DNA of 4,948 nucleotides from a virus (IMGVR_UViG_3300029650_000085), one strand, 5' to 3'. Shown: positions 1 to 4,948, counted from the stretch's first letter. Notes: a model not told the origin generated them from the sequence alone. Translations and numbers: made by a program.

Positions 1-186
1 TTCGGTTACCCGGGATTCACCTTCGCCAGCCAGAAACCAGGTGTGACCAGTTTTATCAACGACGCCTTTTCTTTTGAGTTCCCACAGCTCGTTGACAGCC
101 TCTTCACGACTGATTCCAAGGCGAGCTGCCACCACATGTGAAGAGGCTTTTTTCAGTGCTTTCAGTGCGTCAGATACGGTTTCCAT
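1..186 (-). CDS. Hypothetical protein, partial (ATG at 184-186; C-terminus lies beyond the window start); occupies the ydaW position downstream of ydaV
   Basis: Open minus-strand frame from ATG 184-186 to the window edge (62 codons, [41 protein letters not shown]...). GGAGGA sits 7 nt upstream (plus 194-199 tcctcc). It starts 21 nt after the ydaV stop, consistent with operon continuation. Not in the ORF track because it is truncated by the window edge. Confidence 0.5.
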   Translation of the reverse strand, partial: METVSDALKALKKASSHVVAARLGISREEAVNELWELKRKGVVDKTGHTWFLAGEGESRVTE

Positions 187-207
187 TAAAATTTCCTCCG
201 GACAAAA

Positions 208-954
208 TTACTTCACAACCCTCATATTGCTGACATTTGGACGCCAGCTATCCCAGTTAAACGTCACCCATCGACCACCGTTCATGGTCATGCGGTCCAT
301 AATCCTCTCACCAAGAAGCGTACTCATTGCGGCATGATTCAGGTTTGTTAACATCCCGACACTGCACAGTGATGCTGTCCGGCGATCAATTATCTGGTGC
401 AATACCACCTGCTCGTTTTTCGTCTCCCGCTGAACGCCTATTTCATCCAGGACCAGCAAATCAACCCCGCAAAGCTCCTGTAAAAATTTTTCCCCGGATT
501 TGCCGTTGTCGTAGCTGTCATGCAACACGCTCATGACGTCAGACACGGTGACGATAATCACGCTGCGCCCCTTCACCATCAGCCGGTTGCCCATCGCCGC
601 TGCAAGGTGATTTTTCCCGGTGCCGGTTTTACCGCTGAACACAAAATTCGTGCACCCGGTCATCAGTTCGTCAGCTATGGATTTGGCCTGGCTCAGCGCG
701 TATTTTTGCCCGTCGTTCTGCACCTGATAATTTGCAAACGAGCATTTGCTGTGCAGAGGCTGGATGCCCGAACGATTCAGGATTTTTTCCACCCGCAACT
801 GGCGATTCTGGCGGTTAATCTCCTCGCTGCGTTTTCGTCCTTCAGCAAGTTGCCATTCCCGCCACTCCTCCACCGTCCGGTACGGTGGAACCGACCCCTG
901 TGGTGCAAGTCTGCGAATACGTTCAAGAACCCCAACTGCCGCAATGTTTTTCAT
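208..954 (-). CDS. ydaV: DnaC-like replicative helicase loader (AAA+ ATPase), prophage replication protein
   Basis: 248-aa ORF with ATG at 952-954 and TAA at 208-210. Walker A-like FSGKTGTGKNHLAAA and Walker B DLLVLDEIG match the DnaC/IstB family signature as I recall it. The start lies 6 nt downstream of the upstream initiator gene stop. Length equals that of K-12 Rac YdaV (from memory). Confidence 0.9.
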   Translation of the reverse strand: MKNIAAVGVLERIRRLAPQGSVPPYRTVEEWREWQLAEGRKRSEEINRQNRQLRVEKILNRSGIQPLHSKCSFANYQVQNDGQKYALSQAKSIADELMTGCTNFVFSGKTGTGKNHLAAAMGNRLMVKGRSVIIVTVSDVMSVLHDSYDNGKSGEKFLQELCGVDLLVLDEIGVQRETKNEQVVLHQIIDRRTASLCSVGMLTNLNHAAMSTLLGERIMDRMTMNGGRWVTFNWDSWRPNVSNMRVVK

Positions 955-960
955 GACACG

Positions 961-1893
961 TCACCCCCTGAATCCCGGCGGTATTTCAGTGTCCGGTTCA
1001 GAAATGTGATTCACGCAACGCTGCGCAGGCGAACGCCCCAGGCGGATAACCAGTTCATCCCATTTTTCCCGGAGTTTTGCCGGACTCATGATGTTTTTTA
1101 CCCAGAACGAATCCCGCTGGAGACGCCCAAACATTTCACAAATTTGTCTGTGAGTTCTGCCATCCAGCATCCGCATTGTGCGAACGTCATTGGCCCATGC
1201 TGTCCAGTTGGGTTCTTTCGGTCTAGTGATCTCGCCATCATAGCTGGCCGCCTGCTCGTAAAGACTCACGATTCGTCCCCAGATCCACTGTGCGCACACC
1301 AAATCTTCCTGACTTCCCCACTGGCGTTTTTTCGCACTGAACACAACCGCGTCAGGGTGTCGGGTTAAAAAATCCTGTTCAGCCGTCTGCGGGTCCGGTT
1401 GCGAAGCGTCCGGACAAGAAGATCTTTTATCTGACGGATCAGGTTTTAATACTGACGGATCGGGGTCAATCATCGCCCCCCTAATCGGCAGTTTTTTATC
1501 AACAGTTGATCCATCAAAATTTGACGGGTCAACCGTTGAGGGGTCATTTTTTGCCGGGCTAATTTTTCTTTTCGGTTTATATGACTCACGCGCCGCCGCC
1601 GCAGCTGCTTCGAGTTTTTCCACATTAAGCCGATAGATATTGCTTACATTACGCCCACCGACCTTACGCTCTTCCTTCGTCAGCCAGCCCTCTTTCGCCA
1701 GTTCTGCAATAGCCGATTTCACTGTGGATTCACTTCTTGCACCGATCTGACGCCGGATAGTTTCAATGGCAGGCCATGACACGCCCTCGTCATTGCTGTA
1801 GTCTGCAAGACGGGCCATAACCGCCACCCTGGATAAGATCATGCCGGTGAAGGCGCACCCTTCCCAGACAAGACCATGAAGCTTGCTGCTCAT
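961..1893 (-). CDS. ydaU: Phage replication initiator / replisome organizer (lambda O-like, N-terminal winged-helix domain)
   Basis: Long minus-strand ORF with stop TGA at 961-963. The track start at 1908 is GTG; the first ATG is 1891-1893, preceded by GGGGG. The N-terminus (LSRVAVMARLADYSNDEGVSWPAIETIRRQIG...ELAKEGWL) looks like a winged-helix DNA-binding domain. The central Asp/Pro-rich linker is encoded by iteron-like DNA repeats. Start is uncertain: alternatives at 1842 or 1818 would give 293 or 285 aa. Confidence 0.8.
   Translation of the reverse strand: MSSKLHGLVWEGCAFTGMILSRVAVMARLADYSNDEGVSWPAIETIRRQIGARSESTVKSAIAELAKEGWLTKEERKVGGRNVSNIYRLNVEKLEAAAAAARESYKPKRKISPAKNDPSTVDPSNFDGSTVDKKLPIRGAMIDPDPSVLKPDPSDKRSSCPDASQPDPQTAEQDFLTRHPDAVVFSAKKRQWGSQEDLVCAQWIWGRIVSLYEQAASYDGEITRPKEPNWTAWANDVRTMRMLDGRTHRQICEMFGRLQRDSFWVKNIMSPAKLREKWDELVIRLGRSPAQRCVNHISEPDTEIPPGFRG
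1425..1585. other. Candidate replication origin inside the initiator gene: iteron-like repeats followed by an A/T-rich tract
   Basis: TGACGG(A/G)TC occurs three times (1432-1440, 1453-1461, 1522-1530). Palindrome TCAAC-N-GTTGA occurs twice (1499-1509, 1529-1539). GGGTCA recurs at 1463-1468, 1525-1530 and 1541-1546, followed by a T-rich tract 1545-1580 (cattttttgccgggctaatttttcttttcggtttat). Lambda-type origins lie inside the O gene with this layout. Confidence 0.4.
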
Positions 1894-1915
1894 AAAACCC
1901 CCGAACACCGTGCTT

Positions 1916-2341
1916 TTAGTGCATCACCACAGCATTCCCTGCCGGGCCGCCGCGATTCATCTGGTCATACAAAACAACCGCTGACGCAACAAAATCATCG
2001 ACATCCTTCACCAGCCGATCCCTCCGTTCGACGATCTCACGGTAATATTCAGAACTGTGGCTGCGCATACGGGCCACCAGCAAAGGCGGCATCGCCTTTT
2101 CGATCGCCGGTAACAGAGCCTGCATTTTTTCAACAGCATCAGGGGTGTCTTTATCCAGCCAACGGAAAATTTTCTGGGTATTACGGGCCAGGGCTTCCGG
2201 ATGGCTGTCGTCGTACAGTTCAGGGAACGTCATCCCCAGTTCGAAATAAGTCCGGGCTATTTCAGCTGCAGGAACTTTCTCACCATCAGGGTATGCCCAG
2301 GCATTCATCGCCATGCGGATGTGCTCATGTTTGATTTTCAT
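1916..2341 (-). CDS. ydaT: YdaT-family protein (CII-like; toxic when derepressed)
   Basis: 141-aa ORF with ATG at 2339-2341 and TAA at 1916-1918. N-terminus MKIKHEHIRMAMNAWA and length match my recollection of Rac YdaT. It overlaps the 3' end of the upstream Cro-like gene by 17 nt. Confidence 0.85.
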   Translation of the reverse strand: MKIKHEHIRMAMNAWAYPDGEKVPAAEIARTYFELGMTFPELYDDSHPEALARNTQKIFRWLDKDTPDAVEKMQALLPAIEKAMPPLLVARMRSHSSEYYREIVERRDRLVKDVDDFVASAVVLYDQMNRGGPAGNAVVMH

Positions 2342-2648
2342 GAATCATTTGCCTCTTGATGCTTCGGGTATGATCGTTTTCGTCATTTGGTTGCTTCATC
2401 GACATATTCTGCGAATAACATGACGAGCGTCGTAAGTATGTCCAATCAACATCAGGACGAAGTTCTTCACACAGGACACCACCTTTTGTTGCTCGTTCAA
2501 TCGCAGGACATCTCTCAGCAGGTAACTGACGTACACCTTTGATCCATTGATTTACGCTTGGAGGAGATACACCTAAAAGCCTAGCCATTGCTGATTGCCC
2601 ACCGACAACAGCACAAGCTCGTTTGAATGAATAGTTATCTTTTTTCAT
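2325..2648 (-). CDS. ydaS: YdaS-family Cro-like HTH DNA-binding protein
   Basis: The track ORF 2325..2669 starts at GTG; the first ATG (2646-2648) has GGAG 8 nt upstream and gives 107 aa (MKKDNYSFKRACAVVGGQSAMARLLGVSPPSVNQWIKGVRQLPAERCPAIERA...). HTH-like segment. Divergent from the repressor gene. Confidence 0.8.
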   Translation of the reverse strand: MKKDNYSFKRACAVVGGQSAMARLLGVSPPSVNQWIKGVRQLPAERCPAIERATKGGVLCEELRPDVDWTYLRRSSCYSQNMSMKQPNDENDHTRSIKRQMIHENQT

Positions 2649-2675
2649 CGAATGAACTCCAAAAAACACGCAACA

Positions 2676-2705
2676 ATATTAGGCTTAGCCTAATGAAATT
2701 GTCAA
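2676..2705 (-). promoter_or_regulatory. Leftward sigma70-type promoter for the ydaS-ydaT-ydaU-ydaV operon
   Basis: On the minus strand: -35 TTGACA (plus 2700-2705), 18-nt spacer, -10 TAATAT (plus 2676-2681). Both hexamers overlap operator palindromes. Predicted by eye only. Confidence 0.55.
2678..2694. promoter_or_regulatory. Operator palindrome ATTAGGC-TTA-GCCTAAT (7-bp perfect arms), overlapping the -10 of the leftward promoter
   Basis: Perfect dyad symmetry read directly from the sequence. Sits in the divergent repressor/cro-like intergenic region. Confidence 0.55.
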
Positions 2706-2721
2706 TAGGCTATGCCTAATA
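2699..2721. repeat. Left arm of a 23-bp perfect inverted repeat (ttgtcaataggctatgcctaata) bracketing the repressor gene
   Basis: Exact reverse complement of 3342-3364. Contains a -35 TTGACA (minus strand) and an operator half-palindrome. Confidence 0.9.
2704..2720. promoter_or_regulatory. Operator-like imperfect palindrome aATAGGC-TAT-GCCTAAt, overlapping the -35 of the leftward promoter
   Basis: Shares the TAGGC-N3-GCCTA core with the site at 2678-2694, with a 26-bp centre-to-centre spacing. Confidence 0.5.
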
Positions 2722-2772
2722 CATCGAGAGTAGGGATTGCCTAACGCGATGCGCATAGGAGACTATTAAGCA

Positions 2773-3249
2773 ATGCTTAGTGGTAAAGACTTAGGCCGAG
2801 CGATAGAGCAGGCCATTAACAAAAAAATTGCATCAGGAGCCGTCAAATCAAAGGCGGAAATCGCACGTCATTTCAAAGTCCAACCACCATCAATCCATGA
2901 CTGGATTAAGAAAGGTTCGATAAGTAAAGACAAACTTCCAGAACTATGGCGTTTCTTTTCTGATGTGGTTGGTCCAGAGCATTGGGGGCTTAACGAATAC
3001 CCCATACCAACCCCATCCACTTCAGATACAAAAAGTGAACTTTTAGACATAAACAGCCTTTATCAAGCCGCCTCTGATGAAAAAAAAGCAATTGTGGCTT
3101 TCATCTTATCTGGAAATGCTACGGAGCCTAGTTGGGTTGATTATGACGTTCGCGCCTACATTGCCGCAATGGAAATGAAGGTAGCTAACTATCTGAAAAA
3201 TCAAGAATCAAAACGGAAAAGCCAGAACATCACCAAGACAGGAACTTAA
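2773..3249 (+). CDS. racR: RacR-type prophage repressor (HTH)
   Basis: 158-aa ORF with ATG at 2773-2775 and TAA at 3247-3249. HTH-like segment SKAEIARHFKVQPPSIHDWIKKGSIS. Length and N-terminus match my recollection of Rac RacR. AGGAG at 2757-2761 lies 11 nt upstream. Divergent from the cro-like gene. Confidence 0.85.
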   Translation: MLSGKDLGRAIEQAINKKIASGAVKSKAEIARHFKVQPPSIHDWIKKGSISKDKLPELWRFFSDVVGPEHWGLNEYPIPTPSTSDTKSELLDINSLYQAASDEKKAIVAFILSGNATEPSWVDYDVRAYIAAMEMKVANYLKNQESKRKSQNITKTGT

Positions 3250-3341
3250 ACTTATATGGTCCGACGGGAAATTCCTAGTTCCCGTTAGTTAACTCCTACT
3301 ACCTCTCCCACAAACCATCACCTATTAGGTTGCGCCCAAAT

Positions 3342-3364
3342 TATTAGGCATAGCCTATTGACAA
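3342..3364. repeat. Right arm of the 23-bp perfect inverted repeat (tattaggcatagcctattgacaa)
   Basis: Exact reverse complement of 2699-2721. Carries the -35 TTGACA of the rightward promoter. Confidence 0.9.
3345..3361. promoter_or_regulatory. Operator-like palindrome ATTAGGC-ATA-GCCTAtt, overlapping the -35 of the rightward promoter
   Basis: Mirror copy of the 2704-2720 site. Further half-sites ATTAGG at 3324-3329 and 3368-3373. Confidence 0.45.
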
Positions 3365-3386
3365 GTAATTAGGCATTTCCTATAGT
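3358..3386 (+). promoter_or_regulatory. Rightward early promoter (TTGACA-N17-TATAGT) driving the small ORFs, DicF and the dicB-position ORF
   Basis: -35 TTGACA at 3358-3363, 17-nt spacer, -10 TATAGT at 3381-3386. The operator-like site 3368-3384 overlaps the spacer and -10. Predicted by eye only. Confidence 0.6.
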
Positions 3387-3567
3387 TTTCCCATACCAAC
3401 CCATCCCGTCCCACACAATACAGGGCAATACCTCGAGTTACCAGGCAGTGGTCAGGGGTTAAGTAGCCAGCCCGAGGCGTAAGAACATGACGGCAGGGTT
3501 CAACTTTAATAACTATGCAGCAGGTTTTTGTTCCGCTACCCCGGCGTTAAGGGGAAATGAGGTCAGC

Positions 3568-3720
3568 ATGGATACTATCGAGCTTGGCAACAACGAATCT
3601 CTGGTATGCGGCGTGTTTCCCAACCAGGACGGCACGTTTACCGCGATGACATATACCAGAAGCAAAACGTTTAAAACTGAAGCTGGCGCGCGTCGCTGGT
3701 TAACCAGAAACACTGACTGA
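3568..3720 (+). CDS. Small hypothetical protein (~50 aa), YdaF/YdfA-like by position
   Basis: ATG at 3568-3570 with GAGG 5 nt upstream; stop TGA at 3718-3720 overlaps the next ATG (ATGA). The track ORF could instead start at 3487 (77 aa, weaker RBS). The shorter form is chosen on RBS spacing and on the ~51-aa length I recall for the homologous small proteins. Confidence 0.5.
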   Translation: MDTIELGNNESLVCGVFPNQDGTFTAMTYTRSKTFKTEAGARRWLTRNTD

Positions 3721-4052
3721 TGAGGTTGACGATGGAATTTAAAGATTTACCAGTACCATTCCAGGAAATGGCATCGAATGTGGTTCGCTCTCAACTGGCG
3801 ACTCTTGACCTGAGTACCGTAGAAAAAGAAACCATCGACAATATATCCGGTAACGTACGCCGAGCCTTTATCGGGCTGTACGAAGAGAAGCAGCTCTCTG
3901 ATAACCAGGATTTACATGAAAAATACTTCCTGGATCTAATGGACATCATTGATAAGGGGTTTGGCTTGTTAATGAAAAAGAAAGGGATTCGAATAGAACC
4001 CCTTGAAAATTACTTTGCAACAAAAAGCATTAATTCTTTTGATTCAAAATAA
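3720..4052 (+). CDS. Hypothetical protein (110 aa), translationally coupled to the upstream small ORF
   Basis: ATG at 3720-3722 overlaps the upstream stop; alternative ATG at 3732 with GAGG upstream. TAA at 4050-4052. AT-rich coding sequence. The 3' end overlaps the convergent 91-aa ORF by 23 nt. Confidence 0.55.
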   Translation: MRLTMEFKDLPVPFQEMASNVVRSQLATLDLSTVEKETIDNISGNVRRAFIGLYEEKQLSDNQDLHEKYFLDLMDIIDKGFGLLMKKKGIRIEPLENYFATKSINSFDSK

Positions 4053-4305
4053 GAGAATTAATTACAGACTTAACATGCTCTTTCTCATGATTGAAGCTCT
4101 CATGATTGAAAGTGCCGGGTTGAAGCGAGTCGATATAATCAACAAGACTCTGTCGTACGACTTCATTTTTATCCATAACAGATGCAAGAAATGAAATTGC
4201 TAAAAGAGTTATATCACTACGCGCCGCAGCATGTTGCAATGCTTTATCAAAATTATTAATCTGGCGTATCAGGGAGTTAATGATTTCATCATTTTCAGTC
4301 GACAT
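4030..4305 (-). CDS. Hypothetical small protein (91 aa), antisense to the rightward early operon
   Basis: ATG at 4303-4305 preceded by a consensus AGGAGG with 5-nt spacing; TAA at 4030-4032. One hydrophobic segment (ITLLAISFLASVM) and a tandem FNHES/FNHEKE repeat (DNA direct repeat ctcatgattgaa at 4083-4094 and 4099-4110). The track ORF extends to 4638 (TTG start) through a GC-rich Arg-rich frame that I consider non-coding. Confidence 0.5.
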   Translation of the reverse strand: MSTENDEIINSLIRQINNFDKALQHAAARSDITLLAISFLASVMDKNEVVRQSLVDYIDSLQPGTFNHESFNHEKEHVKSVINSLILNQKN

Positions 4306-4639
4306 TTCACCCTCCTGAGGGTTGGTGATTAAGGAGTTCTCCACGGGTGAGGTGGAGTGCGTGCGCCGGACACGGGTGAGCATCCGGCACTGACAGTTTA
4401 CTGAAAGGATATTTCCCTGAAAAGTCAGACCATAACGCGAAAGCGCCCGGCGAGGTAGCTGGTTCATAGATAGCCTGTCGTTAAATTTTCGTCGACCGTG
4501 CGTTTCCGGTTGTGGCAATCCGCGAAATGGCGCGGCGGTAAGTATGGCGGGGTTATTCCTTCCCCGTTGAGGACACCGAGTTGTCAGGTTGACCATACGC
4601 TTAAGCGACAACCCCGCTGCAACGCCCTCTGTTATCAAT

Positions 4640-4697
4640 TTTCTGGTGACGTTTGGCGGTATCAGTTTTACTCCGTGACTGCTCTGCCGCCCTTTTT
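4640..4697 (+). ncRNA. dicF: DicF-type small RNA (cell-division/ftsZ-targeting sRNA of the dicB operon)
   Basis: The sequence tttctggtgacgtttggcggtatcagttttactccgtgactgctctgccgccc (4640-4692, 53 nt) followed by TTTTT matches the DicF sequence as I remember it. It lies between upstream small ORFs and a downstream short ORF, as in the Qin dicB operon. Recalled, not searched. Confidence 0.75.
4655..4697 (+). terminator. Intrinsic terminator hairpin forming the DicF 3' end
   Basis: GGCGG (4655-4659) pairs with CCGCC (4687-4691), with internal CAGU/ACUG pairing, followed by a T5 tract at 4693-4697. Confidence 0.6.
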
Positions 4698-4700
4698 AAA

Positions 4701-4720
4701 GTGAATTTTGTGATGTGGTG
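4701..4720 (+). repeat. 5' arm of a long-range inverted repeat (potential 20-bp RNA duplex with 4831-4850)
   Basis: tgaattttgtgatg (4702-4715) is the exact reverse complement of catcacaaaattca (4836-4849). Flanking positions extend the pairing with G-U wobbles. Confidence 0.8.
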
Positions 4721-4830
4721 AATGCGGCTGAGCGCACGCGGAACAGTTAAAACCAAAAACAGTGTTATGGGTGGATTCTCTGTATCCGGCGTTAATTGTT
4801 AACTGGTTAACGTCACCTGGAGGCACCAGG

Positions 4831-4850
4831 CACTGCATCACAAAATTCAT
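4831..4850 (+). repeat. 3' arm of the long-range inverted repeat, ending 4 nt before the SD of the dicB-position ORF
   Basis: See the 4701-4720 arm. The GAGG Shine-Dalgarno at 4855-4858 is immediately downstream. Confidence 0.8.
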
Positions 4851-4866
4851 TGTTGAGGACGCGATA

Positions 4867-4948
4867 ATGAAAACGTTATTACCAAACGTTAAGGAAGGTG
4901 CGAATAAGCGGGGAAATTCTTCTCGGCTGACTCAGTCATTTCATTTCT
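4867..4948 (+). CDS. Short ORF in the dicB position, partial (N-terminal 27 codons; continues beyond the window end)
   Basis: ATG at 4867-4869 with GAGG 8 nt upstream (MKTLLPNVKEGANKRGNSSRLTQSFHF...). Lies about 170 nt downstream of DicF, as dicB does in Qin. Identity with DicB is not verified. Confidence 0.45.
   Translation, partial: MKTLLPNVKEGANKRGNSSRLTQSFHF

Noticed and set aside
208-954. Walker A with Asn after the Lys (GKTGTGKN) instead of the canonical GK[ST] as a possible inactivating change
   Set aside because: As I recall, DnaC itself has the same GTGKNHLAAA motif, so this is the family norm, not an anomaly.
74-1009. Plus-strand ORFs 74..337, 327..536 and 746..1009
   Set aside because: All lie within or antisense to the ydaW-position ORF, ydaV and ydaU; no RBS and no recognisable motifs.
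520-1368. 282-aa plus-strand ORF spanning the helicase-loader and initiator genes
   Set aside because: It is antisense to two genes with clear domain signatures (Walker A/B, winged-helix N-terminus), starts at a non-ATG codon, and its product is His/Arg/Pro-rich low-complexity sequence typical of an antisense frame in GC-rich coding DNA.
1876-2334. 152-aa plus-strand ORF antisense to ydaT
   Set aside because: Overlaps the well-supported ydaT over almost its whole length; Pro/Ser/Arg-rich product; no RBS.
2868-3050. 60-aa minus-strand ORF inside the repressor gene
   Set aside because: Fully embedded antisense in racR; no RBS.
3264-3285. Hairpin ACGGGAA-attcctag-TTCCCGT just after the repressor stop, as a possible intrinsic terminator
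   Set aside because: Perfect 7-bp stem but no U-tract follows (tagttaac), so it is not a canonical rho-independent terminator. It could still be a processing or protein-binding element.
3513-3713. 66-aa minus-strand ORF antisense to the small ORF at 3487/3568..3720
   Set aside because: Antisense to an ORF that has an RBS and translational coupling; no RBS of its own.
4106-4139. Perfect TATAAT at 4134-4139 on the plus strand as an internal promoter
   Set aside because: No acceptable -35 at 16-18 bp spacing (TTGAAA at 22 nt, TTGAAG at 8 nt); it lies in AT-rich coding DNA where such hexamers occur by chance.
4003-4194. 63-aa plus-strand ORF overlapping the 91-aa antisense ORF
   Set aside because: Leu/Ile-rich product, no convincing RBS, and it is the mirror frame of an ORF with a consensus SD. 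It cannot be fully excluded, since it is on the operon strand.
4306-4638. N-terminal extension of the 202-aa minus-strand track ORF
   Set aside because: TTG start without an RBS and an Arg-rich GC-driven frame; the internal ATG at 4303-4305 with AGGAGG is a far better start. The long stop-free frame is noted as a finding instead.
4498-4850. 68-aa plus ORF (4498..4704) and 60-aa minus ORF (4668..4850)
   Set aside because: Both overlap the DicF sRNA and its terminator; GTG start or no RBS; more likely chance frames in RNA-coding or spacer sequence.

Overview
This window reads as the immunity and replication segment of a lambdoid (Rac/Qin-type) enterobacterial prophage, mosaic between a Rac-like left half and a Qin-like right half. 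On the minus strand sit a replication/lysis-lysogeny operon: a partial ydaW-position ORF, ydaV (DnaC-like helicase loader), ydaU (lambda O-like initiator carrying an internal iteron-like ori segment), ydaT and ydaS. Divergent from them on the plus strand is a RacR-type repressor, bracketed by a 23-bp perfect inverted repeat that carries outward-facing promoters and TTAGGC-N3-GCCTAA operator palindromes. Downstream of the repressor are two small coupled ORFs, an AT-rich antisense 91-aa ORF with a consensus Shine-Dalgarno, a GC-rich non-coding stretch, a DicF-type sRNA with its intrinsic terminator, and the start of a dicB-position ORF. No tRNA, rRNA, CRISPR array or IS element was seen. All family and gene names rest on recalled motifs, protein lengths and synteny, not on a database search. 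The least explained element, and the best candidate for something undescribed, is the antisense 91-aa ORF.
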